A stretch of DNA of 64,000 bases from Escherichia phage fDHCT2. A program made the position numbers and the translations under genes. Position 1 is the first letter of the stretch. Each line of letters starts with the position of its first letter. Under the pieces are notes generated by a model. It did no database searches. It was not told the origin of the DNA and saw only the letters and a list, made by a program, of their open reading frames with translations. Where the stretch lies: sequence record OR427838.1; one strand, 5' to 3'. Below, piece after piece: positions 1-9,722 of the stretch.

Positions 1-147
1 AGACAGTATATTATTATACGAACGAGTTAAAGCAGATTTTAAAACTGAATAACTGTCCGGAAATTTACCATGCTCTTTATAATAAGCTAGAGTAAGTTCG
101 CGGACTGCCTTATCGGCAGCCTCTACATATTCTTTACGCTTTGCCAT
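1..147 (-). CDS. hypothetical protein, 3' end beyond window (starts [15 protein letters not shown])
   Basis: Open frame on minus strand from ATG at 147-145 to window edge; not in supplied track (truncated). Confidence 0.3.
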   Translation of the reverse strand, partial: MAKRKEYVEAADKAVRELTLAYYKEHGKFPDSYSVLKSALTRSYNNILS

Positions 148-355
148 TTTCGTCTCGCTCAAATCGGTGTTTACAATGACGGCATTTGTACTGAAGCGGA
201 TTGTGTCGCCAACAAGTCAATTGGACCTGTTCAGTTCCACATTCAGGACAGTTTGGAACATTCTTAGAAGCTCGTTCGCGACGTTCTACAATTTTAATAA
301 TTTGATTCCAATCAGGAATAGTTTGGTCGATATCATCGGCTAATTGGTATTTCAT
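134..355 (-). CDS. small Cys-rich zinc-ribbon-like protein (CPECG...CRHCKH)
   Basis: 73-aa ORF; two CxxC pairs; tight packing with neighbours. Confidence 0.5.
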   Translation of the reverse strand: MKYQLADDIDQTIPDWNQIIKIVERRERASKNVPNCPECGTEQVQLTCWRHNPLQYKCRHCKHRFERDENGKA

Positions 356-1422
356 TTCAACAGCTCCAGAGCTTGTTCAAGACGGTCTAAACGATTGGTA
401 GACTCTTCCCAAAGTTTCTTGGCGGCGGTATATTGCCCGGTCAGTTTTTTGTTAATAGCAAGGGCATCTTTATATGCTTTTTCTAAGGCAACGACTTCCG
501 GTAACTTGGATTTAGTAATTGGTGTAGGGGCCATGATAGGGCTGTTCAAGTCGTTAATCAAGTCTTCTAATGTAGCAGGCTCTTTATCAGTGTTCACAAT
601 TTCCTCACATTTTTCTTGGTAAATTTCAGCATCAGTTTTTGGAACGGGGCATTTGATTTCGCGAACTGTTACCAAAACTTCATATCCTTTCCAGCCTAAG
701 TGGTGTTTAACTTCTTGGGTCTCATATTTCTCTACTGTATCCATCAAAGCTAAGGCTTGTTCGATAGTATTCAAGGTATCGTAAGCAATATCTTGATACT
801 TTACAACTTCCGCATCATCTTTAGGTTTCCTATTAGGTGACCAAATAACAGAAATAATAGCTTTTCCTTTATAACTATTTGTTTTAATCATGCAATTAGC
901 CATCGGGTGAATAGTACGACAATCACCGGAAACTATAGTTTTAGAGGCCGCTTTGAGAATTAATGCAGAGTTAGCCTTGAATTCGGTAACCCAACGTTGC
1001 GGAAATAAACTACTAGGGTCCATACCTTTAATTTTGATATAACTTTTTATGGTATCACCAAACCATTTGTAGCTAACAGCATGGCTAGAACCCGGATATT
1101 TCTCTTTACCGAACTCAGAAAGGATGTCCTTATTGACCAGTCGAGAAAGCAGTCGAGAACCTTTAAATGTATCTACGATATCAGGAATAAACAAACGACC
1201 CGCTATCTTTTCGATTTCAGCTTTGAAACAGCGCGATAATGCATCATCAATTTGGTCGACCCATTTATTGATATTAGAAACTATTACCACATATGGGGTT
1301 AATGGAGGGGTATTGGCAGTGATATACGTAGTAAAGGCATTGATGTATTCAGTACGGGTCATGATATTCTCCTCAGCAGTTGATAAAAGGATTATACTCC
1401 ATCCGTCCTTGGATGTAAACAT
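352..1422 (-). CDS. hypothetical early protein (356 aa)
   Basis: Long ORF; start overlaps stop of upstream gene (TAATG at 1420-1424). Confidence 0.6.
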   Translation of the reverse strand: MFTSKDGWSIILLSTAEENIMTRTEYINAFTTYITANTPPLTPYVVIVSNINKWVDQIDDALSRCFKAEIEKIAGRLFIPDIVDTFKGSRLLSRLVNKDILSEFGKEKYPGSSHAVSYKWFGDTIKSYIKIKGMDPSSLFPQRWVTEFKANSALILKAASKTIVSGDCRTIHPMANCMIKTNSYKGKAIISVIWSPNRKPKDDAEVVKYQDIAYDTLNTIEQALALMDTVEKYETQEVKHHLGWKGYEVLVTVREIKCPVPKTDAEIYQEKCEEIVNTDKEPATLEDLINDLNSPIMAPTPITKSKLPEVVALEKAYKDALAINKKLTGQYTAAKKLWEESTNRLDRLEQALELLK

Positions 1423-2315
1423 TATTTTAGAGCTAATACTGCCGCGCGAAGCTTGTCACGCTGGATTTCCATATTCTTGATGCGAATCAATACGTCTTGA
1501 ATACTCTTTTTCTCATCTTCGATCTGACCATTTAAACGGTGGATTGATTCCTGGAGGTGGTCCTCATGATACTTCTCGATAGGTTTCATCGTAGGGTTAG
1601 TAACAACCAAAGAATTATCAGGTTTAATTTTCCAATGATACGGTTCTGAATTGAATGGACTCGGCACAGCCGTGGTTTTGAATTTGTCATAAGTAGCATA
1701 CTGGCCTACAGGCCCATATGACGCGGTGGAGATTCGACGTTCCATTTGTGGGTCCTTTTGTTGTGGTTGATAAGGCGCATAAGACAAAAGATATTCACGA
1801 GTTAGTTTAACATTAAAATACACTGCATCAGGCCGCCCGGAACAATCAGCATATTCATCTGTTGTAACCTTATATGATTCTACTGCCTTAATACGAGTCA
1901 TTGCCTCTCTGAATAAGGTTTCGAATGCTTCACGAAGGGCCTTATTGCCTTTTGAGGTGGGACGGAAACGAACTTGAATACCGTCAGGCAGAATATTAAT
2001 GACCAGGTTACGAGCCGTAAAATTAATATTTTTGATATTAACAGGAACCGTAGAAATACGTCCTGCAGTAGCCAAGAGGTCTTTAATATTAGCTCGTAAT
2101 GTCGCGCCAAATAAATGAGCTGGGCTACGGCAATAATCGTTCAAAGAACTAATATAAGTTCCTTTACGGCCTACGCCGTAAGTGTAGTTACCATTACGAA
2201 TCTGACCAAAGTCTGCTAACCGGTCAATAGCGATACGACGAGTAGTGTCATGGTCGTATATAGAGTATTCTTTACGCGTTTTAATGTTCATATTAAAGTC
2301 CAAATAATTTTTCAT
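1422..2315 (-). CDS. hypothetical early protein (297 aa)
   Basis: Long ORF, C-terminal coiled-coil-like segment. Confidence 0.6.
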   Translation of the reverse strand: MKNYLDFNMNIKTRKEYSIYDHDTTRRIAIDRLADFGQIRNGNYTYGVGRKGTYISSLNDYCRSPAHLFGATLRANIKDLLATAGRISTVPVNIKNINFTARNLVINILPDGIQVRFRPTSKGNKALREAFETLFREAMTRIKAVESYKVTTDEYADCSGRPDAVYFNVKLTREYLLSYAPYQPQQKDPQMERRISTASYGPVGQYATYDKFKTTAVPSPFNSEPYHWKIKPDNSLVVTNPTMKPIEKYHEDHLQESIHRLNGQIEDEKKSIQDVLIRIKNMEIQRDKLRAAVLALK

Positions 2316-2493
2316 AGAGTTTAGCTAAAGGCCAAGTCACAATAGAAACTATTCCAAATAAAGCAAGCACCGGCCAAATAAAGGTAGCGAATACTGCTTC
2401 GCCACCTGAGCTAATTTCCATATGTTTGCGGCCAATCAGAACAGTAATGAATCCTAATGCAAGGTACAGAAGAATAAAACCTGCGATTTCCAT
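2293..2493 (-). CDS. small membrane protein (two hydrophobic helices)
   Basis: 66-aa ORF, strongly hydrophobic. Confidence 0.5.
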   Translation of the reverse strand: MEIAGFILLYLALGFITVLIGRKHMEISSGGEAVFATFIWPVLALFGIVSIVTWPLAKLYEKLFGL

Positions 2494-2495
2494 AA

Positions 2496-3335
2496 TTAAT
2501 CCTTAAGAAGATTTAGGATATCGATATATTTCTGACGTTCGGCCTTAGCTTTAGCATTCAGACCAGAGAGTCGGAAAATCTCATCATCTTGTTGCTGAAT
2601 TGTAACATTCAAGCAAGTAAGCAAATTGCTAAAATACTCGATTTGAGCTTGATGTTTCTCATTGCTGCGCACTGGTACAGGTTCTGGTTTAGGAGCTTCT
2701 GGGTGCTCTTCAGCCAGGTCTTTAATTTTATAAAGTTTAATACGCTGACCTGCTCCAGTTTCGGCATCACCAAAACTAAGAACACCGCGGCATTCCAGTA
2801 CAGACAACGCCAAACGAAGATGGAATTTCCAGTTTTCGTATTGACATCCACTAAAAGAAGAAATACTGTATTCACCTTCATTTTGACCTTTAATAACATT
2901 AAATAGTTTATAATCTAAAGAATTATTGGTTTTAAATGTCATTTGTTTATCAAGACCTTTTGCAAGTCGAGCACCAAGAGCCAGTAGACGTCGTTGGTTG
3001 GCATGAAGGTCTTGAACAACTTCGTCAAATGACATCACCGGGATTAAACGACCATAAAGGTCGTAGCCTTTGTTATAATTTTTAAGAATAATTTTGGCAT
3101 TAGCACGAGACAACATACCCGTTTTACGAAGAGTTTTCATGACTCGGTCTTCTAACGTAAACGAACCTTTAGTCTTGTCAAAGATTTTAGTGAAGTCATC
3201 TTTAACAGTACAAACGTTGAACTTGTCCCACATCATATATAGAACCTTTTCAACTACTTCTTTAGAACTCGGAATACGACCAAATTTAACAACTTTTTTA
3301 ACTTCAGAACGAATTTGATTAATTGCCTGTGACAT
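2496..3335 (-). CDS. hypothetical early/middle protein (279 aa)
   Basis: ORF with GAGGAAA SD upstream; MotA-box/TATAAT promoter at 3361-3400. Confidence 0.6.
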   Translation of the reverse strand: MSQAINQIRSEVKKVVKFGRIPSSKEVVEKVLYMMWDKFNVCTVKDDFTKIFDKTKGSFTLEDRVMKTLRKTGMLSRANAKIILKNYNKGYDLYGRLIPVMSFDEVVQDLHANQRRLLALGARLAKGLDKQMTFKTNNSLDYKLFNVIKGQNEGEYSISSFSGCQYENWKFHLRLALSVLECRGVLSFGDAETGAGQRIKLYKIKDLAEEHPEAPKPEPVPVRSNEKHQAQIEYFSNLLTCLNVTIQQQDDEIFRLSGLNAKAKAERQKYIDILNLLKD

Positions 3336-3360
3336 AATAATTTCCTCAGTAAGTAATTAA

Positions 3361-3400
3361 GAACCTAGAACCATTATACCATCCTTGGTATAAAGCGTTT
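3361..3400 (-). promoter_or_regulatory. middle-type promoter (MotA-box-like CGCTTTA, -10 TATAAT)
   Basis: Minus strand: CGCTTTA-12nt-TATAAT-GGTTCTAGGTTC upstream of ORF 2496-3335. Confidence 0.45.
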
Positions 3401-3923
3401 ATGCGAGAACCGTCTTTAAACGCTCTTCAAATTTCTGAAGCAGAGCTTGGCGTTCAGCTCGTTGTGATTTGTACTGCTCGATACGACCTGAAGTGAGGGC
3501 GTACTGTTCGTTTACTGATTCCCGCATGAATTCAGGAATCTCTTTACAAGCTTTGATTTCGTCAAACTTATCAATAACAGCTTGTTGTTCAGCAATCAGA
3601 TTATCGAAATAAGCGATATCAGATTTAACGTTTGCCAGGTCGGATTCAGTAGGCATTAAACGTTTGTTACGTTCAGCTTGATAAGCTTGATTGTTTTCAC
3701 GACTCCAGTGAAGAGTACGTTTTTTGTTAGTGTTTTTATAGAGCTCTACAATACCAACTGAATCGATGACTGCAATCCAGTTCCAATGGCTTTTGTAAAT
3801 CTCTCCTCCAGATACGGTAATCTCATTACCACAAGCAACATCGTTAAAGAACTTGCTTTGTTTTTCAGATTTGAAATTACCGTTGTTGAAATTAATCAGT
3901 GAAAAAATATCTTTAGCGTTCAT
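3399..3923 (-). CDS. hypothetical early protein (174 aa)
   Basis: ORF with GGAGG SD and early promoter at 3950-3978. Confidence 0.6.
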   Translation of the reverse strand: MNAKDIFSLINFNNGNFKSEKQSKFFNDVACGNEITVSGGEIYKSHWNWIAVIDSVGIVELYKNTNKKRTLHWSRENNQAYQAERNKRLMPTESDLANVKSDIAYFDNLIAEQQAVIDKFDEIKACKEIPEFMRESVNEQYALTSGRIEQYKSQRAERQALLQKFEERLKTVLA

Positions 3924-3949
3924 GATAACCTCCAGTAGTTGATAGGTCT

Positions 3950-3978
3950 ATAGTATCATTTCTACTGGAGATGTAAAC
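3950..3978 (-). promoter_or_regulatory. early promoter (sigma70-like; -35 GTTTAC, -10 TACTAT)
   Basis: Minus-strand GTTTAC-17nt-TACTAT followed by conserved TAGACCTATCAA and GGAGG SD. Confidence 0.65.
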
Positions 3979-3980
3979 AA

Positions 3981-4322
3981 CTAATAAAAACTTTTTTCAC
4001 CTGCTTGCCCACTAAACCATGCGGATTGAGTGTTCTCTTTCCGTTGGTGTTTAATACGAATAAGGTATTCGTTCCTGATGGCGCAGAGTTCATCTCTGAA
4101 GTCGACTGCCAACTTAACCTGCTTACGGTCTAGATTTATTAAGGCCTGGGTCTTCGCGGCCAAGGCCAGTCTCTTGTAGTCTCCTTCTTCACAATCGGTT
4201 TTGTAAACCTTCTCGGCGAATTGGTGTTTAAATTCATTATCATAGTCTTCAATAGACTGTTTCATGGCATTAGAGTATTTCAACTCTGCTTTTATAAGGT
4301 CATAACTAAATTGTTCGAACAT
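3981..4322 (-). CDS. hypothetical protein (113 aa)
   Basis: ORF in compact minus-strand gene array. Confidence 0.5.
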   Translation of the reverse strand: MFEQFSYDLIKAELKYSNAMKQSIEDYDNEFKHQFAEKVYKTDCEEGDYKRLALAAKTQALINLDRKQVKLAVDFRDELCAIRNEYLIRIKHQRKENTQSAWFSGQAGEKSFY

Positions 4323-4332
4323 AATTTCACCT

Positions 4333-5313
4333 TTATTTCAGAAGTGTAACTTCAGCGATTTCGCTCCAGTCATTTTTATCGGTGGCAATGAAGTCCGCCA
4401 GATAAAGAGCCGTACGTAATGATACGTTACGAAGACGAGATACATTGGCCTTCATCCATGCTAGAGCTTGATAAGTCTCAGCATCAGTCAGACCTCGGTT
4501 TTGCATCATATCAGTGGACAGGATAACGTCTTCAACACGAACCATAATCTCTTCATTCGAGTGAACTCCGAGGTCTAAGTAAACTGAACGAGATACTAAA
4601 GCCTGGAGGTGTGGAGCAAGTTTAGTGCCACGTTCTAATTCACGGTCAATATCAACGTTGGTGATGAACACGATGGTGCCTTCATATTCGAATTCTTTAT
4701 CGATATTTTTATCATCGAGGTAAGAACTTGAAGTGCTCCAGCACACCTTACGTTTTTCACCGGTATCCAATGCCGCTTTTAACAGGTTCAGGATATCCAT
4801 ATCAGAGAATACATCGACATCATCGATAAGAAGAACACTATTAGGGCCGCGGTTATTCCAAAGCTGCTCGTAAAGACCGATTCCACTAATCTTTCCGTTG
4901 ATTGATTTATATTCGATAGTTTCATTTTCGTGGGCATTCTGTAATGCTTTATCCAAAGAATACGTTTTACCAATACCTGCGGCACCAGAGATGATAAGGG
5001 AACGAATTTTACCATCGATGATTCCGTTAGTCATCATGTTCATTACTTTAAAACGTTTGTTGATGCGGTGTTTCATTTCTTCAGCGGATTCAGTAACCAC
5101 TACAGGAGCTTCAGCACCTTCCATTTCAACATCACATTTGAACACCCATATACCACGTTCAACACCATCAATCTGTACGAATACCTTACCATCACCGAGG
5201 TGAGCTTCGGATTCATGAATTTTGTTAGGGAACCAGGTTTTACCTGAACTCATGAACGTACCAGAGATTTCATTACCGCGATAGATACCTTTGTTGATTT
5301 TGATAGTTAACAT
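4333..5313 (-). CDS. P-loop NTPase (Walker A GAAGIGKTYS, Walker B LLIDDVD)
   Basis: ORF trimmed to ATG 5313 (MLTIKINKG) with GGAG SD and early promoter 5351-5379; Walker motifs read from translation. Confidence 0.6.
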   Translation of the reverse strand: MLTIKINKGIYRGNEISGTFMSSGKTWFPNKIHESEAHLGDGKVFVQIDGVERGIWVFKCDVEMEGAEAPVVVTESAEEMKHRINKRFKVMNMMTNGIIDGKIRSLIISGAAGIGKTYSLDKALQNAHENETIEYKSINGKISGIGLYEQLWNNRGPNSVLLIDDVDVFSDMDILNLLKAALDTGEKRKVCWSTSSSYLDDKNIDKEFEYEGTIVFITNVDIDRELERGTKLAPHLQALVSRSVYLDLGVHSNEEIMVRVEDVILSTDMMQNRGLTDAETYQALAWMKANVSRLRNVSLRTALYLADFIATDKNDWSEIAEVTLLK

Positions 5314-5350
5314 TATATTCTCCGTTTCACTCAGTAGATTTGATAGGTCC

Positions 5351-5379
5351 ATAATAACATGCTCTACGAGGTTGTAAAC
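5351..5379 (-). promoter_or_regulatory. early promoter (-35 GTTTAC, -10 TATTAT)
   Basis: Same architecture as other early promoters in window. Confidence 0.6.
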
Positions 5380-5394
5380 ACTTTTTTGCACTAA

Positions 5395-5420
5395 ACCCAA
5401 AAAAGGACCCCGAAGGGTCC
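5395..5420 (-). terminator. rho-independent terminator (GGACCCTTCGGGGTCC + U-run on minus strand)
   Basis: GC hairpin with UUCG loop followed by T-run in transcript sense. Confidence 0.6.
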
Positions 5421-5644
5421 TAAATTGCGCTCCAATAATTATGGAAGCGGATATTATTGATAGCCCAGTTAATACAACGTCTTATCTGCTTAGTCGTAGG
5501 CTTGCATACGTACTTGAAATTGATTCTTCTACCGGTTTCTCTACAAACTACTTCAAGATACCAACGACAGGTTTTATGAGGTCTTCCATATGACAGGAAA
5601 ACCTTGATTTCTTCTTTAACGGTAATAAGAGTTGTGGTTGTCAA
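5420..5644 (-). CDS. small Cys-rich protein (74 aa)
   Basis: ORF between NTase gene and terminator hairpin; weak. Confidence 0.35.
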   Translation of the reverse strand: MTTTTLITVKEEIKVFLSYGRPHKTCRWYLEVVCRETGRRINFKYVCKPTTKQIRRCINWAINNIRFHNYWSAI

Positions 5645-6626
5645 GATACACCTCTTCGACGAACTTGTCCCAGAACTTCATGTCCACCTTCGCAGGCATA
5701 CCGTTCTTAGCAGCCCAGATGGCATTAGTTTCGACTTCATCAACTATAGCTTCAAGTTCAGCCTGCACATCTTTAAAAGCATGTAACCCCTGTTTGATTT
5801 CAAGGATAAATGGCGCAGTACGTAAAGGGTATTGAAGGTCACCAGTTTGATAGATTTCCTTCAACTGGTATCCGGCCCTATAAGCATGACTCAGAGCTTT
5901 CCAGTCAATACCTTCATTGGCTTCTGCCTTACGAGCACGTTCACCATATTCGGCGTCAAGCTTATTCAGAGATTGCTTGAGCTCGATTAATGACAAAGTA
6001 GTCTGATATTTACGTCCGAGAACAGTATAGAACGTTTGTGGGCCTGTTTTCTCATGGTTATGGAATACCCATTCACAGAATTCGTTTTCAGGGAGTCGAT
6101 GTTTGATATCTTCTACCTTAGTGCGACGTTGTTTAGTGGAACCATCTTCTTGATAATCGACCCACTGTTCAGGAATCTGGTTAACAATTGCCAGTACACC
6201 ACGTAAAGCGGCCAGACGAGAACCTTTAACACCATATTTAGAAGCTTGCTTACGGACGTACCCTAAATAGGCTTTCATGTTGGTTGTATAGAAACGCGAA
6301 CGGTTGTCTTGGATAAATTTCCATACGTCAGGTAAATCAGATTTAACCACCATTTCAGGTGGGGTGTGGAGCATATCCAGAGCAACGGTTTCGCCATCAG
6401 CAGCCAGTTTAAAGAAATATTTCAGGCTATAAAGCTCATGGTCAACATCATCTTTAGTGTTTTTGGAAGCAGTGTTATTCGTGTTCAGGTTGGTATGGTT
6501 CATAGCCGTACCTAACAGAATATCACGCGGATGTGGAACAAAGATTTCTTTAAAATCGATATCAGATTCCGGAGTACTTGTTCCATAAAGGTGGCTACCG
6601 AAGTAGCCTTTCATAACTGTTCTCAT
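5616..6626 (-). CDS. nucleotidyltransferase-fold protein (GSHLYGTSTPESDIDF motif)
   Basis: Pol-beta-type NTase signature GS-x9-DxD near N-terminus; start ATG 6626 overlaps upstream stop as ATGA. Confidence 0.6.
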   Translation of the reverse strand: MRTVMKGYFGSHLYGTSTPESDIDFKEIFVPHPRDILLGTAMNHTNLNTNNTASKNTKDDVDHELYSLKYFFKLAADGETVALDMLHTPPEMVVKSDLPDVWKFIQDNRSRFYTTNMKAYLGYVRKQASKYGVKGSRLAALRGVLAIVNQIPEQWVDYQEDGSTKQRRTKVEDIKHRLPENEFCEWVFHNHEKTGPQTFYTVLGRKYQTTLSLIELKQSLNKLDAEYGERARKAEANEGIDWKALSHAYRAGYQLKEIYQTGDLQYPLRTAPFILEIKQGLHAFKDVQAELEAIVDEVETNAIWAAKNGMPAKVDMKFWDKFVEEVYLDNHNSYYR

Positions 6627-7075
6627 TCTTTGTTCTCGAAGTGGATTACAGGACACATCTTAGATTTACGAGCTTTAATGTATTGAATAACGATATTTTC
6701 TTTAGTTTCTCGGCCTTCACGCTCAGCTTGAATACGTTGCCATTCCTTTTCTTCTCTACGGGCATCATACCATGCGTGTAAATTCATCGCACCAAATGCC
6801 AAACCAATGGATAGCGCAATAATAAGAGCTATTGCAATCAACCCTAAAACAAACCCTAGACTCAACAGAACAGGAGTACTTAATACAAAGAAATGCTCTA
6901 ATACACCAGCTCCTGCAACAGTTAATCCAAAAAGCGTACTACCTGCAACAACAGCACAAGCAAAACAAGCCCAAATCATTTTCCAGAAATATGCACATAA
7001 AGAGTGTGGTCGAGAATGGCTGTCATAAAAATGGTCGTGTAATTTAACGTGCCAAGAGTTTGAATTGATAATCAT
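6623..7075 (-). CDS. integral membrane protein (150 aa)
   Basis: Long hydrophobic stretches followed by basic C-terminus. Confidence 0.55.
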   Translation of the reverse strand: MIINSNSWHVKLHDHFYDSHSRPHSLCAYFWKMIWACFACAVVAGSTLFGLTVAGAGVLEHFFVLSTPVLLSLGFVLGLIAIALIIALSIGLAFGAMNLHAWYDARREEKEWQRIQAEREGRETKENIVIQYIKARKSKMCPVIHFENKE

Positions 7076-7085
7076 AATATTTTCC

Positions 7086-7646
7086 TTAAGAGTTCATAGT
7101 TGGGATAACAGAGTTCAGATAAGAGACTAAAACTTTTAGCTCGTCTTTAGTAAATACAACTTCACTTTCACCGTCATGTCTTTGGACAATGGACAACAAA
7201 TCACGACCCTGATGTTGATACACGGATAATTCGGTATCATAATCCAGTTCTTCTTCATCACCTTCAAATGTTTCACTAGAACGAATTACAGCATCTTGTC
7301 CAGGGACTTTCCATTCAACTTCTGGCTTGCATTCTTCCTGGAAGAGTTTGAAAATACATTTAAAGAAATTACTAGAATCGCTAATGCTTAGGCATTCCGT
7401 ATCAGTTTCGATATTAAACCCGTTGTCATGGTTATAAATCTGGGCCCACATATCATCATTAATATCAAATACACCTCTAAAACTACCATTAAGATATTCG
7501 TGTTTGTCCAAAACCTTTAAATCGTAAAGTGGTTTGATATCTTGGATAGTCAGTACGATTTTATCGTCTTCTTGTGAAAGCACAATTGCATTATCAACTA
7601 CTTCAGCGGTCAGGTCACCAAACAGCCCAGATGTTTCAATAATCAT
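7086..7646 (-). CDS. acidic hypothetical protein (186 aa)
   Basis: ORF, D/E-rich. Confidence 0.55.
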   Translation of the reverse strand: MIIETSGLFGDLTAEVVDNAIVLSQEDDKIVLTIQDIKPLYDLKVLDKHEYLNGSFRGVFDINDDMWAQIYNHDNGFNIETDTECLSISDSSNFFKCIFKLFQEECKPEVEWKVPGQDAVIRSSETFEGDEEELDYDTELSVYQHQGRDLLSIVQRHDGESEVVFTKDELKVLVSYLNSVIPTMNS

Positions 7647-7656
7647 TTTCCGTTCC

Positions 7657-7839
7657 TCATTTCACATTTTGTTTAATAAAATTTAACAACTCTTTAAGAG
7701 CTTCATCTTCTTCTTTAGAAAGCCTGCTGCATTCACTAGCTGGGTAATCATTGCAAAACGCAGTTTCAAATCTAGCAACTGTACCTGCATAGGCCTCGAT
7801 AAGCTCTTCAAGCTTTAAATGTTTTTCTTCGGTTTTCAT
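7657..7839 (-). CDS. small hypothetical protein
   Basis: 60-aa ORF in array. Confidence 0.4.
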   Translation of the reverse strand: MKTEEKHLKLEELIEAYAGTVARFETAFCNDYPASECSRLSKEEDEALKELLNFIKQNVK

Positions 7840-7842
7840 AAA

Positions 7843-8109
7843 TCACCGGTTATGTTTTAAAATACTATAAAGCTCTTCGACCTGGCTCGCATTCAGACAA
7901 ATCATATCATTTTCTTGTTGGAGCGTAATTCCACCTTTTTCTTCCCAATCTTTAACAAAGATGTCATCGTCAGATTCTTCAACATCTGCCAAGAGGACAA
8001 TAATACCGTCTTCAGAATTACCACTTGGGTCGTATAACATTACAGTTTCCTCGCTAACCATGAAAAGAATAAACCAATTAAAACAGGCCCTATAAGCATT
8101 GTTAACCAA
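7843..8109 (-). CDS. small acidic hypothetical protein
   Basis: 88-aa ORF; true start may be internal. Confidence 0.4.
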   Translation of the reverse strand: MVNNAYRACFNWFILFMVSEETVMLYDPSGNSEDGIIVLLADVEESDDDIFVKDWEEKGGITLQQENDMICLNASQVEELYSILKHNR

Positions 8110-8159
8110 GCCCAGGGTTCTAAGTAATAAATCATCTCATACTCCTGTGCCATCAGCCA

Positions 8160-8342
8160 TTATGCTTTCAACTCATTAAGATACTCAACCAATGCAGCTT
8201 TAGAATTAGCCAAATCTCGTTTACACTGCTCTATTCCGGAATATGAATAGCCTTCACAATATTCAACGGCCAGGTCATTGGATGCGTTTTCAATGTGCTG
8301 GGCGAGTTTAAGGATTTGTTCAATCTGTTCAGTAGTTAACAT
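8160..8342 (-). CDS. small hypothetical protein
   Basis: 60-aa ORF. Confidence 0.4.
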   Translation of the reverse strand: MLTTEQIEQILKLAQHIENASNDLAVEYCEGYSYSGIEQCKRDLANSKAALVEYLNELKA

Positions 8343-8346
8343 AATA

Positions 8347-8583
8347 TCACCAGTATTTGTTGATAGTAGAAATTAATTCTTGGGCTTGGGTGGTTTTCAG
8401 TTTACATCCACAACCCTTTAATGTGTCTTTAAGGAGCCACGGTTCCTTGAGCTCGCCCTTTTCTAGACGAATTCTGTATCCTCGATAATCAGCGAAGATA
8501 CTTCGGTCGTCGAATATCTTAATCTCAAGGATACGACCGTTGATTTCATATTCTAATGAAACCGTAGTACTTGTAAGTTTCAC
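8347..8583 (-). CDS. small hypothetical protein (GTG start)
   Basis: 78-aa ORF with GGAG SD and early promoter 8612-8640. Confidence 0.5.
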   Translation of the reverse strand: MKLTSTTVSLEYEINGRILEIKIFDDRSIFADYRGYRIRLEKGELKEPWLLKDTLKGCGCKLKTTQAQELISTINKYW

Positions 8584-8611
8584 ACCGTTCTCCTCATTAG
8601 TTGATAGGTCT

Positions 8612-8640
8612 ATAGTATCACGTTCCTAGAGGATGTAAAT
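8612..8640 (-). promoter_or_regulatory. early promoter (-35 ATTTAC, -10 TACTAT)
   Basis: Conserved module upstream of ORF 8347-8583. Confidence 0.6.
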
Positions 8641-8649
8641 ACCTAAACG

Positions 8650-8676
8650 AAAAAAGGTCCCACCGAAGTGAGACCT
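8650..8676 (-). terminator. rho-independent terminator after rI.-1
   Basis: Hairpin GGTCTCACTTCGGTGGGACC + U-run on minus strand. Confidence 0.6.
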
Positions 8677-8680
8677 TTGA

Positions 8681-9064
8681 TTATTCTAACGTTAACAAAT
8701 ATTTAGTCTGGTAAAAGACCCCAGTGATATCGTCCAAAGTCGACTGGATGGCCTTAGGAAGGGTAACATAGATTTTATCAGATGCTTTAAGAAGCTCGTC
8801 AAGGAAATCTACAGGGTCCTTAGGCAAGTCTGAAGCAGACGGTAATGATGCTTTATATTCTTTGCCACTGAATCCAAGATATTGCTCACTAAATTGGTCC
8901 AGCGGTCCTTGAACTTCTACATAATAGAAGTCATACGCTTTGTGTCTTGCATAGCTTTTGGTTTCTAAATGGGCTGACTTAAAATAGGCTAAAGAAACCA
9001 GTAGCCAACCAATATAAGAATCCACTTCAGACCCTCGACCGGGTACGAAATCATTGAACTTCAT
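8681..9064 (-). CDS. rI.-1-like protein (127 aa)
   Basis: Position immediately before rI as in T4; terminator hairpin follows at 8650-8676. Confidence 0.5.
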   Translation of the reverse strand: MKFNDFVPGRGSEVDSYIGWLLVSLAYFKSAHLETKSYARHKAYDFYYVEVQGPLDQFSEQYLGFSGKEYKASLPSASDLPKDPVDFLDELLKASDKIYVTLPKAIQSTLDDITGVFYQTKYLLTLE

Positions 9065-9344
9065 CTTCCACCTTCATTAGTTTTGCATAACGCTCTCCGA
9101 TGGCACGACCCTCAATTGAGCACGCTTCTATAGTCCGACAACTTGATATCTTCCAAGAAGCCGTAACATAGGCCCAATAGTCTTCGGAGGCCTTTATGCT
9201 AGGTCTACTCATTTGCGCATAAACAGGCATCGCACTACTAGCAAATGCATCCATCAATTTATCGTGAGTATTATTTGCTAGTGAAACTGTAGGGCTTAAA
9301 CATCCTGCCATAAGGATACAAGCCGCTGTACGGAAAATATCCAT
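9051..9344 (-). CDS. rI: lysis inhibition regulator RI-like (97 aa, N-terminal signal/anchor)
   Basis: Size, hydrophobic N-terminus, C-terminal similarity to recalled T4 RI, position next to tk. Confidence 0.6.
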   Translation of the reverse strand: MDIFRTAACILMAGCLSPTVSLANNTHDKLMDAFASSAMPVYAQMSRPSIKASEDYWAYVTASWKISSCRTIEACSIEGRAIGERYAKLMKVEDEVQ

Positions 9345-9436
9345 ACAAAAGTCCTTTGTTGTTTTATACTATTTGCCTTTCGGCCTTAACCGATAGCGAT
9401 TACCAAAAGCTAAAGCTCTACGGTTAGTATTATTAT

Positions 9437-9715
9437 TTATAGCTTTTTAAGCTTACGACAATAAGAATAGAACACGTCGTTAAAATTATGCTCAACCCAA
9501 TTCCTCTGTATAGGCGAGGTAATGGAAAGCATATAATGGGCTTTAATTAAATCCATCCCATTTTTATTAGGACATTCTTTATTATTAGCATTATACGTCG
9601 CCGCTACAACCTCTATCTCTCTTTTGTAAGCCACATCATCCATGATAGGCGAAAGAACAATATAAGAAATAGCCACAGCGAACGCTAGAATTAAAATCTT
9701 TGAATTTAGGTCCAT
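9437..9715 (-). CDS. small membrane/secreted protein (rI.1 position)
   Basis: 92-aa ORF with hydrophobic N-terminus. Confidence 0.5.
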   Translation of the reverse strand: MDLNSKILILAFAVAISYIVLSPIMDDVAYKREIEVVAATYNANNKECPNKNGMDLIKAHYMLSITSPIQRNWVEHNFNDVFYSYCRKLKKL

Positions 9716-9722
9716 AGTACCC

